A stretch of DNA of 63,816 nucleotides, the filler included, from Hyphochytrium catenoides (lineage: Eukaryota; Protista; Hyphochytriomycota): assembly GCA_900088475.1 (NCBI GenBank). It is 14 parts of 14 records of this genome, joined end to end, with 100 filler letters (N's around TTAATTAATTAA, not from the genome) between each part and the next. Parts side by side here need not be neighbours in the genome. Positions count along the whole stretch, not along the records: positions 11,498 to 14,193 come from FLMG01003323.1; positions 14,294 to 16,345 come from FLMG01003409.1; positions 16,446 to 18,362 come from FLMG01004477.1; positions 18,463 to 44,180 come from FLMG01003279.1; 10 more parts are not named here. The stretch is one strand, 5' to 3'. The notes beneath the pieces were generated by a model. It searched no databases. It had not been told where the DNA came from and worked only from the letters and a program-made list of their open reading frames with translations. Positions 13,377-24,374 of the stretch are shown here, piece by piece. The translations under genes and the position numbers were made by a program. The stretch's first letter is position 1; every line of letters begins with the position of its first letter.

Positions 13377-14193
13377 ATGGTGCTGTTCAGGTGGCGACAT
13401 CTTCTCTCTTATCCGCTGGTCCTCGCTCTGGTCCTCAGCGGCGGCAGCGGCAAGACTTCACTGCTCTCTGCCGGCGGAGGAAGTATCATGATCGTGGTCG
13501 CTTCAGAAGACTCTAGGCCTTCGTCGTCTTCTGGATCACCTCCAACAACCCTTCTGACAGGTAGACGCTTGCAATTACGACGCGAAGAAGCAGATGCTGC
13601 GCCGATACAGCAGCCTGATAGTGAAGAACTCTTTCAATCTTCTTCCGTCGGGGCAGCAACTCCCACAGGAGGCATACGCATGGCGGAGGGAGGAGAGGTA
13701 GATGTCCAGGATAGGGGAAGACGAAGTCTTATTTCGCTGCCAGGGCTCTTTAAGAACCCGCAGCCTGGCGTTCGCCATCAGAGCGCCACACATGCAATAG
13801 GGCTTCCACCAGGACTGAATCCCCTTAGCCAACTAGGATTCAGAGCACCGAGGAGGTTTGGTCGCAATCAACATCAACCAGGAACACAAGCCCTATCTCA
13901 AAGGCAACAATATATCCGGTCAGTGGTAAGAGATGTATTAGATAAGCATTCAGGCCCTTCACTACCAGCTGGAAGTGGGGCTGCAAGAGAAGGAAGTCGA
14001 GAAACACCGGCGAGTGCAGAGCTCCATGATTTTGCCAAGCACAGCTTGGTGCATCCGTAATCTCTCAGACCTGAAGCTGAGACATATGTCTCCTTTGGGT
14101 CACCGCTGGATATTCAGAGAGTAGGGGCGGCTGAAAGGCACACTGTGGTCTCTTCAACATTGCGAAGTTGTCTAGACAAGCCGCAATGTTTTA
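13377..14193 (+). pseudogene. Orphan secreted-like ORF with an in-frame TAA at 14058-14060; frame stays open to the contig end
   Basis: Hydrophobic N-terminus (LLSYPLVLALVLSG), RRLQLRREE and RGRRSL motifs; after the TAA the frame continues SLRPEAETYVSFGSPLDIQRVGAAERHTVVSSTLRSCLDKPQCF without a stop. Confidence 0.4.
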
Positions 14194-14293
14194 NNNNNNN
14201 NNNNNNNNNNNNNNNNNNNNNNNNNNNNNNNNNNNNNTTAATTAATTAANNNNNNNNNNNNNNNNNNNNNNNNNNNNNNNNNNNNNNNNNNNN

Positions 14294-14655
14294 AGTCTCA
14301 CTCTCTGTCGGCTCCTCTTCAGTCTCACCTTCTCTCAAAGCCCCTTCTCAGTCTCACTCTCTGCCAAAGGTCCTCCTGAGTCTCGCTCTCTGTCATGGCT
14401 TCCCCTCAGTCTCACTCTCTGTCAAGGCTCCTCAGTCTCACTCTCTGTCGGCTCCTCCTCAGTCTCACTCTCTGTCAACGCTCCCCTCAGTCTCACTCTC
14501 TGTCAACGCTCCCCTCAGTCTCACTCTCTGTCAAGGCTCCTCCTCAGTCTCACTCTCTGCCAAGGCTCCTCCTCAGTCTCACTCTCTGTCGGCTCCTCCT
14601 CAGTCTCACTGTCTGTCAGCGCTCCTCCTCAGTCTCAATTTCAGTCGATGCTCCT
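14294..14655. repeat. Minisatellite, ~13 copies of a 26-30 bp unit (consensus CCTCCTCAGTCTCACTCTCTGTC[A/G]..GCT)
   Basis: Repeated AGTCTCACTCTCTG core visible directly; array runs into the spacer. Confidence 0.92.
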
Positions 14656-16445
14656 CAATTACGATAAAGATCTTAATACATTTATGTTAGTGTTGACACC
14701 CCTGGGCACTCAACAATGGAGTCAATGTCGTGGGAGAGTTACTTTCTGGGCTGAGTCATGCCAAGTGCTCATCAATGGAATCCTGTTAGAAATCCAATCT
14801 GATAGGCCCCTCAGAATGTCCCTATCCTTAGGGACCTTCTTGCCATTAAGCAACAGGGACAGTGTGGCCTGGCTAATGGAGAGAAATGTATTCCAAGTAC
14901 GGACGCCTTGATCTCCTCCCTAGCCGTTGCTCTGCGTGAATTTGATTCTGCTCGTATTGGTTGATGCTGCTCTCTTCTTGTGGATCTGTTGGATACGTTC
15001 GGCGAACGCTATTTCTCTGTGACTGAGGTCCCGGCGTAGTCAGTTTGACCAACGCTCTTGGTTATCGTCTCCGCCAATTCCTCTTTTTTTCCCTTGAGAA
15101 ACTGAAAGAGAGGATGGCCGGCTGGTGATAGCCTTGTCGACTATAAGGGTGCGTTCCAAGTCAACGATCCGCTTTCGAAGCGTTACGTAGGTCCCGACGC
15201 GCAGTCGTGCTTTAGGAAGTTTATCCCGCCCTCATGCGGAAGTAAACCTCCACCGTGGTGTTGGTATCAATCACTTTATCTCTAACCCGCCAGAGGATAT
15301 TCGACCAAAAGAGGTAGTTCGACCACCACCATCGAGACAAATAGTCTCGCACACGAAGACGTAGAACGGGTTGTTAGTCCACACGGTAGACCCCCTTTTT
15401 CAGTCATGTCCTCTGCAGCGTTGTTCCAATGTCGTTGACGATAGTCATCCTGATATCATTCTCCAGACCACTTTGTTGACAACCAATCGACTTGGCATGC
15501 CTTCGCGAGGGCCGGCGGTAAGTCAGAAAAGGGAGATGCAGCGCAGAGCTCCCAAGCAAAGGGCCAGTAAGGCGAAGCGTGCCCAAGCTCGCAAGCTCTT
15601 TCAAGAGGCAAGATGGGTGCAATTTGCAAAGTGCTGCACAACGTCCTTGACGATGGTCATCCTGGTACCAGTCCCCAACACAGTTGATTCGACTACTAAG
15701 GGACATGGCCTGTCATATGGAGACCCAGTGACAAACCAGCCGCAAGGGAGATGCAGCGCAGAGCTCCCATGCAAAGGCCTGGTGAGCCGAAGAAAGTGAA
15801 AGTTCTATAAGCGCCACTGAAGTTCCCACCCAGCTTCTAATAACTCTTTGTCCCTTCCTGACATACAACCATTGCCTCGTTAGGTTGGTACGACCCCTGT
15901 CTAATAATGGCTATCAAATTTGTGGCAAGAAAACCTGTTGGTATGGGGAACAGAAGGATTGAGCCACAGAGAAGGACCAGGATATACGTACTGTCCTCCT
16001 AGAGAATGCATTGACACGAGGATGAGTAGCTCAGACCTTGCGAAGCCTGGTGAACACTATAAGCGAAAGAAATCGTACAGATATCCCTGACAACCACTAT
16101 CCTAGAGCATGAGATGATTTCCTCTTCTGCTGCTGTACGCCGCATTCTACATCATTCCATCCTTCATCTACTATCGTTACAGCTGTGTGCGCCATTAAGC
16201 TCTGCACACTCTATCCACGTCTTCTCCCACGCTATTCTTCAATCGCCTAAAGAACCGTCAGCGTGACTGCGTCGTCCTTCTCTAACGGGCTTCGAACTGA
16301 ATCACTATAGAAAAAAAATGGAAAGTGAGACTTATGCAAATGGCANNNNNNNNNNNNNNNNNNNNNNNNNNNNNNNNNNNNNNNNNNNNTTAATTAATTA
16401 ANNNNNNNNNNNNNNNNNNNNNNNNNNNNNNNNNNNNNNNNNNNN

Positions 16446-16577
16446 TCTGGTGGCAAGCTTTGCGGGCTTGCGCTGGTTGAACAGCTGGTGTCCGCTTGGA
16501 GTGTTTTCTGGAGCAACATTCTCATCGTTAAGCGCTTGCTCTTGAATATAGACACCGAATTCTTCGCAAGATGCCAT
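16446..16577 (-). CDS. 5' end of an unknown ORF (MASCEEFGVYIQEQALNDENVAPENTPSGHQLFNQRKPAKLATR), truncated by spacer
   Basis: ATG in an A-rich context (CATAACAATGG) after an A/C-rich leader; open to contig end; too short to assign. Confidence 0.35.
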
Positions 16578-18658
16578 TGTTATGATGATACTTAGACTGT
16601 GTTCATCTCTGCGTCTTGCTTTTGCTTCAAAGGGGTTGCTTCCTTGTTGCTTGTTGAGAGAAAATTGGAATGTGGGATTGATGTCTGCTGAAGACTGAAG
16701 ACTGAAGACACGACAAGTTCTCTCTCCTGACTGTAGAATTCCTAGAGTGTAGAGCAGTCCAGTGTAGAATCTGCACCTGCTTCGAAGTGCATTCTACTCT
16801 CCTTACTCTGTCATTTATTGATGAAAGATAGAACCGCTGGGGATAGTAGAGGTGAATTGTACTTTTATTTAGTTACTAGTTGGAGAAACTAATCAGGGAG
16901 TAACTACATACTAGTTCCTAGACTGTACTGTCGTCTACTACCACCACCTACTTTTATTACTACAGAAGACCTCCCACAACAGCCCCAGGAAGCTGACCCA
17001 GGACCACCGCATTCTCAATATTGCGCAGGCAGGGCCATCGATGGAAGACCATCTCTGCATTGCAACGTGGCAAGAGGACAGAGATTCGTCGGCAGTGAGA
17101 CATGAGAGAGGAGGACCTACACTCCCACACCTGTCAAAGATAGCCCTAAGCCATTCTTTCAGGGTCGAATGAACGGTATCCATTAGCCCCGCCAAAGGAT
17201 TCCCACATAGCCTTGCTCCTTACATTCCTCGGCGTAAAGGGCAATTTTCCTCCTATGGGCATGCTCTGCGACGTATCATCCTCCTGTCCGAACCGCTGCA
17301 TGAGGTAGGGTGTTGAGTTGCAGCGAGTCGGAGACAGTAACGTCAAAGAGCGTGCAGACTCTTGAGGCTCAAATCTCTCAATGGCCAGGTCACCTGGGCG
17401 ATGACAATTCGGTAATACCCTGTCGTGAGTTGTACTGTAGGGGAAGAAGCACACTTCACAGGGCAGCTCTGATAGTTCTACAGACGCACCGAGGGCGTGC
17501 TCGAGCACTCAGGTAAAATGAGGTATCTTAGCATGGTCCGTCTGTAAAGTCAATGGCATCACTTTTACGACGAGCATTTAAAGTCGCTACTATTTGGACG
17601 CCGGAGCGATAAATGAGCATATTATAGACAAAGAGGCCACAGGAGTAGCGCCAATGCTAAGACGTCAAAGGATACACCAGGCTGACCTTTTCCATCCCCT
17701 TCTAGGTACCTGGTAGCAGAGTTGGTGACAGAAGGGGTGTGACGCAGAAGAATCACCCCAACGAGATAAATGCTTAGAGCAAAGTGAGAGGAGAAAAGAG
17801 AGCGAGCAGGAGCCGGGTTGATTGTCCTGCACTAGTGGAAAGAAGTAGCAGGCCTCCAAGTACACCGCTTACAGCCCCCCCAGCAGCAAAGCCAACAAAC
17901 ACACACGAATAAGAAGCAGGCAAGCAAGATGCAGCCGTGTGAGGGTCCATCGGCTCCAAGCATGTCTTTCTCACAGTCTTCTCACCGCTGTGGCGACTGA
18001 ACAAAAGTCACATTATAGGACGGACTATCGAATGATTTATTGAAGGCAGTGACAAAACGACGGTGCGTCCTCTCTTATCTCATTCTTGTCTCTCTGCATC
18101 TGCAAAGAACTAGACGACGACATCATCCATCATTAAGTACTCAAGAAGAGTAGAGGAGGTAAGCTGTGAGGCCTCCTTCCTTCACCATTCAGTGATAGTA
18201 ATTCGGCGTGGTGCACTGGCTGATCATCACAGCAGCATCAAGACACTGCCGACCTGAGTGTTGTTGTTGTTGGCTGGAAGATTATATATAAAATTCAACG
18301 GGGGTAGAGTTGAATAGACGCTTGAGCGCGGTGAAAAAGTTGTGGATAACAATCCTCATTCCNNNNNNNNNNNNNNNNNNNNNNNNNNNNNNNNNNNNNN
18401 NNNNNNTTAATTAATTAANNNNNNNNNNNNNNNNNNNNNNNNNNNNNNNNNNNNNNNNNNNNGGGGCCGCCCCCCCCCCGGTCTCTCGCCCGTCATAATC
18501 TCCACAGACTAGTTCTCAGACTATCTAAGGCCTCCAGAGCTCTCCCTAACGCGAAGTCCAGGCGATTTAGCATCTACCAGCGCCTATGACCAGCCTACTA
18601 TTGAGTAGAGTACATGTTAACCGTCACATTCAAGCTGCGCCAGCAAAGCAAATGGCCT

Positions 18659-20554
18659 TCAGAGCGCCTGGCAGGACGTGATGGCGGCGGTAAGCTCTTT
18701 GATCAGCGCAAGACATTGACGAATGTCCTCAGGAGAGACGGCCTCGTCTAGGCGTAGTCGGACTGCGTCCAGCTTCTGCATATTTGGGCCACATCGTACA
18801 CAACCGCGCAACGCGTAAGAGAAGAGTTGAACCTCTATGGTTCTGGTGGCTGTGTTGCTCTCACCTTGTAAAGGGATAACAAAGTCCGTGCCTTCACCAT
18901 TGAACAGACCAGAGAGCTGTCCATGGGCTCGCCCTGGGTAGCAGTGGACGGGAAGAATGGGATTGCAGCGCCTGCAGAGGAGAGTCGGAGAGAGAGAGAG
19001 ATGCAAGCCAGCCAGGGAACGAGGAGGTTCTAAGCGCGCTATCATCTTAATGCAAACGCGACCTAGTCATCTCTACCTTTGCTCTCAGTGCTGTGGGCGC
19101 CATCCTGCATTTGGTCTTTTGCAGGTAAAATCTCCTCTGTCCGAGTCACCTCCTTCTCTCGTTTCACTAGTTCCTTCGGAGGAGAGGGAGACACCGTGCC
19201 CTCCCGGGCGCCAGTCACAGCAACAGCGGAGGCCGTAGCAGTTGTAGGGTTTGGTTTGGCCTCACAAATCACGCAGATCACCTAAGACGACCGTGGAGTC
19301 AATAGTGAGAGCAAAGGAAGCATGCATAAGTCAAGGAAGTAGCGAATCATGTTGGGCGTCTCTCTATATACAATCAGATGCTGAAGGTCTGAGATCGAAG
19401 GTAAAGACGTAAGCTTCCGCTAACTGGAGAAAAAAGAGAAAGATGCTGCCACAATGGAAGAGTGAGGGAGACGGGCCTTTTACATGCTCTGGCTCAAAGT
19501 AGAAAATGGAAGCAGTCCCAAAGGAGAGTGCGCCCTTTCTAGACCCTATTGTCGTCTCTAAGTCTCCAATCTACCTTGCCACTGCGATCTCTGAGGAGCG
19601 GAGTAGGACAGTTCGGCGTCGGGCAGCTAGCGTCCAGCAGCGTCCATCCCTGCAGCATCTTCACTGCAATCTTTTGGCTCGCTTCGTCTCTCTCGCGGCG
19701 CCTCTCCTCTAGCAGCCGCTGCAGAGATCAAAGAGGACTAAGAATGCTAGAAGAGAAGCTCTGAAAGACAGGATATGTTGAAGAGATGGTGTGGAAGGCA
19801 TAGAGAAGCCATGAGGATGAATGGGGAAGAGAACATGGGAGTAGCAGAGAGCTTATATGACGATGCTTGAAACTCCTGCCTTCTCTTCTTCTGTGGGAGG
19901 AGTCCACTCTTCATCATCAGACTCCTTGAAGCCGTCACCGTCCTCGTCCTCTCTCCCTGCAGACCCCAGAGTTAGTGGCTGAGCAGTCGTTGAGCGCCTG
20001 GTGGCTCTTACTGTTCAGCTCACGCTCATCCTCTCCCCGTCGCAACCGCGTGGACTCTGGAGACACCTCGACAGCAGCTGCGCTCGGCTCTTCCGGACTC
20101 TTTCTCTTCAGCGGGACTCCTGGATGCCCAACCTTGATGTACGCGTGCTCAGCTAATGAGTCCCAGGAGAGCCAGTCAAGAGTAGTCTCTCACCTCCGTC
20201 TCACGTCGGCAAGGCAGTTTGCAGCCCGCACAGTAAAGCTCCCCTTGGCGGCTGCGCAGGAGAGGCGTCTACAAAGAGAAAGAGACAGCGGGAAGACGCA
20301 TGGTAAGAGGCGGCTAAGGAAGTGATAGAGAGATGAGGAAAAGGAGACGAAGACAAGAAGTGATAGGAGGACATAGCGAAAGGCCACGGCCAGGACGGGC
20401 TAAGGTGGGGGAAGAAAGAACACACATGGCAGTTCGGCACTGGGCAGGCGTCTGCCAGCATTGTCCAGCCCTGCATCAGCTTCTCTGACATCTCCTGCAT
20501 GCTCTTCTGCCGGTCGCTGCGCCGTCGCGTCAAGGTTTCCTGGGGATTGTCCAT
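18659..20554 (-). CDS. SSSCA1/ZNRD2-like protein with two tandem Auto_anti-p27 zinc-ribbon domains
   Basis: Domain 1: QEMSEKLMQGWTMLADACPVPNCH...CANC; domain 2: DEASQKIAVKMLQGWTLLDASCPTPNCPTPLLRDRSGK|VICVICE; C-terminal helix QKLDAVRLRLDEAVSPEDIRQCLALIKELTAAITSCQAL* resembles the SSSCA1 tail; multi-exon, internal boundaries approximate. Confidence 0.82.
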
Positions 20555-21302
20555 CTTCTGTCATGGAGTTCTTACTCTGGACCAGCCCTGCACCAGCGAG
20601 CTCCGCTGGCAGACCCGAGCGGCCGCTGAGGAGGGGGAATGGGGCCACACCATGAGTGCCTACATGAAAGAGGAAGAGACAAGGAGAGAGAGGAAAAGAG
20701 AGAAAGAGAAGAAAAGAGAGAGAAAGACAGAGACAGTGAGGAAAGAGAGAGAGAGAGGAAGAAAGACAGAGCACAGAAAGACAGAGAGGGAGAGGAAGAA
20801 GACAGACAAAGAGGGAGAGGAAGAAGACAGACAGACAGAGAGAGGAAGAAGACAGACAGAGAGAGAGAGAGGGAGAGAGAAAGAGGAGGAGAAGCAAACA
20901 AGAGAGTTGAAGTCGTTCTTTTCAATTTGGGAGAGCACCAAATTAGGGCGCTGGCCTGTTTGTGGTACAGGGGAGCGTTCGGAATCAGGCAGTTTAAGGT
21001 CGTATAATACGGTTTGGAGTGTGATGGTTGGGGCGATGTGTGGAGCTTCAGAAGAGGAGACAGACTTCTGATGGTGAACAATGATGTGTCCTCAGCGTCA
21101 GCAAGACTCCAGCGCCTGGCCCTCTCTCCCTGCCTGATGACCTTCTGCTCTAGCAGCGCCAGCGGGGCAGGATAGAGCACGACTGTCCCCAGAGAGGAGG
21201 AAAGTGATTGGGCTGAGGATTGCTCTAGCTTGGGCCAGTAGCGGCGTATGCTTTAGAGCACGAGAGATATCGATTGCCCCGAGAAGCAGACGAAGAGCCA
21301 TC

Positions 21303-23133
21303 ATGAGTAGGCGGAGAGGGCCTCGAAGTCTCTCACCGCAGTCAATCTTCGATAGGGAGCCAGTCTTGCAGTCCCTCGTTGCGCATAATATCAAAGAATC
21401 ACACGCTTCCGCGGTATGGAGGAGTGTCATTCGCGCTCAGGAAGCTGAGAATCCAGCCGCACTTTCTGAGGTTCTGCAGATCAAAGGACTCCCGAAGAAG
21501 GCCCAAGAGCTGCTGCTCAATGACTTTACAATCTTGACCTCCACAGTCGTAGACATACAGGAGACAAGCGCTAAAGCTAGCAAGAGCACATTTGATGGGA
21601 AGCTTGTGGTACAGCTCCAGGATGGAAAGCTGGTGGAGACTGTTGTCATCGGACATCTGAAGCACGGGACGATTAACGAGGAAACGACGCCTACAGATGA
21701 GGAGAAGAGAGAGCCCGAGCTTGTGGCTGGACATGTCACCGTCTGTGTCTCTTCCCAAGTGGTATGTACCTGACTCCGATGAAGTCTATGGATAAATGAT
21801 GGTTTGCGAGCAGAGAATGACTCGCATAGACTGAGGGAGGGAAGCCGGGACTGGCTGCTAGTGCCAAACAGCGCGATGTGGCTAGAGAAAAATGAGAGGA
21901 AGAGCATCTTCACAGGTGGCAGGCGATACATAAGGATGTCGCCAGAAGGGTCAAAGTGGAGCGATGGAGGGAAGGTGTTCTTACTCGACTGGCAAAGCTC
22001 TAATTCATCTGCTTCTGCAGGGCTGCAAAATGGCCTGCACCTTCTGTGAGACGGGAACGATGGGCTTTAACGGTAACCTCACGAGCGGAGAGATTGTAGA
22101 GCAGCTTGTGCACGCTCATCGTATCGTTAAGCGGCGGAACCCTAATCTCTTCATCAGGAATGTCGTCTTCATGGGCATGGGAGAGCCGCTGGTAAGCGAA
22201 CAGCAAATAGGTGGAGGAAGGTAGAAAGCAGAGAAGTAAAAGAGGCTTGGAAGGTACCATATGAAGATGAGAGTCAGAGATGGAGGATTTACGGGACTGT
22301 CCTCCCGCTGTAATGTGACGCTCAAGCTCTGTTGCCTGCAGGATAACTATGAGGCGGTGCTCTGGTCCATCCGGATGATGAGTGACAAGGCGTGCTTCGG
22401 CCTGGGATATAAGAATATAACAGTCTCCACTGTTGGCGTCATGTCCCGCATTCCTCAGCTGGCTCGGGACTGCAAAGATGTGAACCTTGCTCTCTCTCTC
22501 CACGCACCGAACCAGCAAGTTAGGCTGGACATCGTGCCTTCCGCACGGGGTTTTCCCTTCGAAAAGCTCTTGCAAGCAATGGATGAATACATAGAGATCA
22601 GTGGGAAAGGCGTGATGATTGAATACATAGTTATCAAGGGTGTGAACGCCTCTGCGGAGATTGCGCATCAGTTAGGACAGGCCCTCAGCGGCAAGAACTG
22701 CTGGATCAACCTCATCCCATACAATCCCACAGCTGCTGGCGAGAGGTTCTCCTTTGCTACGCCCTCGGATCAGGAGCTTAAGAGCTTCAAGCAAATCCTG
22801 AATCAGTATCAGAACCATGTCGGAAAGGAGCTGACAGCACGAATCAGATGGTCCACCACCACTGGCAGAGAGGTGAGCGGCGCCTGCGGGCAATTGGCGT
22901 TGAAGAAGATATCACCACCGTCTCAAGTGGGAGCAGATAGTAGAGATGGCACCACAGATATTGAGGACATGTTCAAAGATAAACAAGGGAGAGAGAGAGT
23001 ACGGCCTGTCCAAAGAAAGGCGAAGGCAGATGCTGAGTCTCTGAGCTTGAGAAATGTGCGGCTTCGTATTATAGGTGGCGCTGTCGCTTTCTGTGTGTTA
23101 GCTATGGCGAGTAATGTACAAAGAAGACGGTGA
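21303..23133 (+). CDS. rlmN: RlmN/Cfr-family radical-SAM RNA methyltransferase
   Basis: Exons 21303-21761, 22021-22191, 22342-23133: [22 protein letters not shown]|[12 protein letters not shown] (CxxxCxxC), [11 protein letters not shown]|[39 protein letters not shown]. Confidence 0.95.
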
Positions 23134-23149
23134 ACTGCTACATTCTGCT

Positions 23150-23557
23150 TTACTCTGGTCTCTCCAGCGCTGCAACGAAAGTGACAAAATTGCGAGGGTG
23201 AGACTGTGATAATATGAGCGAGGGAGAGATGCAAAAGGCGCTTACTGTTATAGTTAAGCAGCTTCTCGATGAGGTCCACGTGGGTCAGGACCATTCTTCG
23301 GCAGCAGTAGCGCTTCAAGCCAAGCTCATCTAGAGCATCACTGTCACAACAGATGAGGGTCGATCGCGGATACTAAGCGAGACAAAACGAAAGACTCACC
23401 CTTCCTTGTAGTCATTGGCCAGAAGGTTCACGTAGGTCTCCCACTTGTTGCCCACGACCTGCCAAACAACCCTCAGCCGCGCGGCTCTAACATTCTCACT
23501 GGCAGTCAAGTTGCAACTCACCTTGCCGCATGTAAAACACCGGACAGGGATAATCAT
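23150..23557 (-). CDS. RPB10: DNA-directed RNA polymerases I/II/III subunit RPABC5 (RPB10)
   Basis: Exons 23557-23522, 23458-23400, 23340-23246, 23169-23150 give [69 protein letters not shown]. Confidence 0.98.
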
Positions 23558-24374
23558 GGTTTTGCGTAGATTTCTCTCCTCGACTCAAGAACCACGCCCT
23601 CTTAGAGCTCTTGCAACCGTTTAGATAAGAGGCTCAAAGGCTTCAGGCTTCCTCGAACTAATGTCAGGCGTCTGGTCTGCCAAGTAGGATGGCGCTCGTG
23701 AAGCTCACAGATGCAATAAGCTTCATCAAGCAAGAGAAGAGCCCCACACAGGCGGACACTCCACACAGTCGCCGCTGCTGCCAAGCCCTTTGTTATATTC
23801 TAATTATCAGCCGCCTCTGGCCACCTATAGAAGCAGGAGGAACCTACCAGGGAGACAGAGTACCAGTCGATCCACATTATTCAAGACTTACGAGTACTCC
23901 ACACCCAGACCTCCACCTACAACCGAGACCTCCTCCAGGACAAGCGGTCACGAGCCGCTAACCGACTACACTGTGGGCGCTAACGGCTATCTACCGACGT
24001 TGAGTTTTGTCTCTGCACTTTCTGAGCTTCGCGGTTTATTGGGTTCAACATCTCCCAAGAACAGCTGCAAAAGTGCTGAGGAAGACCCGATGAGGGCATA
24101 GAAAAGGAGGAGGATTTATTGCCTGCTAGAGCTCTTGGGTCTCTTTTCCCTGTGTCTACGCTTCTGCGGCTCTGGCTCACACTCCCGGGGAAAGGGTTGC
24201 AAGTGATGTGAGACGACGTCGCGTTTGGTGGAGCTGCTCAGTTGAACTTGTCGGCTGGCTGCCTGAGCGGACTGATTCTAGCGGCTTCATAGGTCCTTGG
24301 ACCAAGTAACAGGGAAGAGGCAGCGGAGACCGTCCAGAAAAACGGATATACAGAGGTTGGGCGGACGATTAGCC

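Noticed and set aside
14058-14060. Stop-codon reassignment (TAA=Gln) suggested by the in-frame TAA
   Set aside because: RPB10, CCDC86 and PTH2 end at TAA and MPP10 at TAG at the expected positions, and conserved exons contain no in-frame stops
14294-14655. CRISPR-like array
   Set aside because: The variable parts are only a few bases long and related to each other, there are no unique spacers and no cas genes; it is a eukaryotic minisatellite
18342-18350. DnaA-box-like TGTGGATAA
   Set aside because: Single 9-mer in eukaryotic DNA; expected by chance
21762-21773. Selenocysteine readthrough at the TGA after RlmN exon 1
   Set aside because: The TGA lies in an intron whose removal restores the conserved SSQVGC motif exactly
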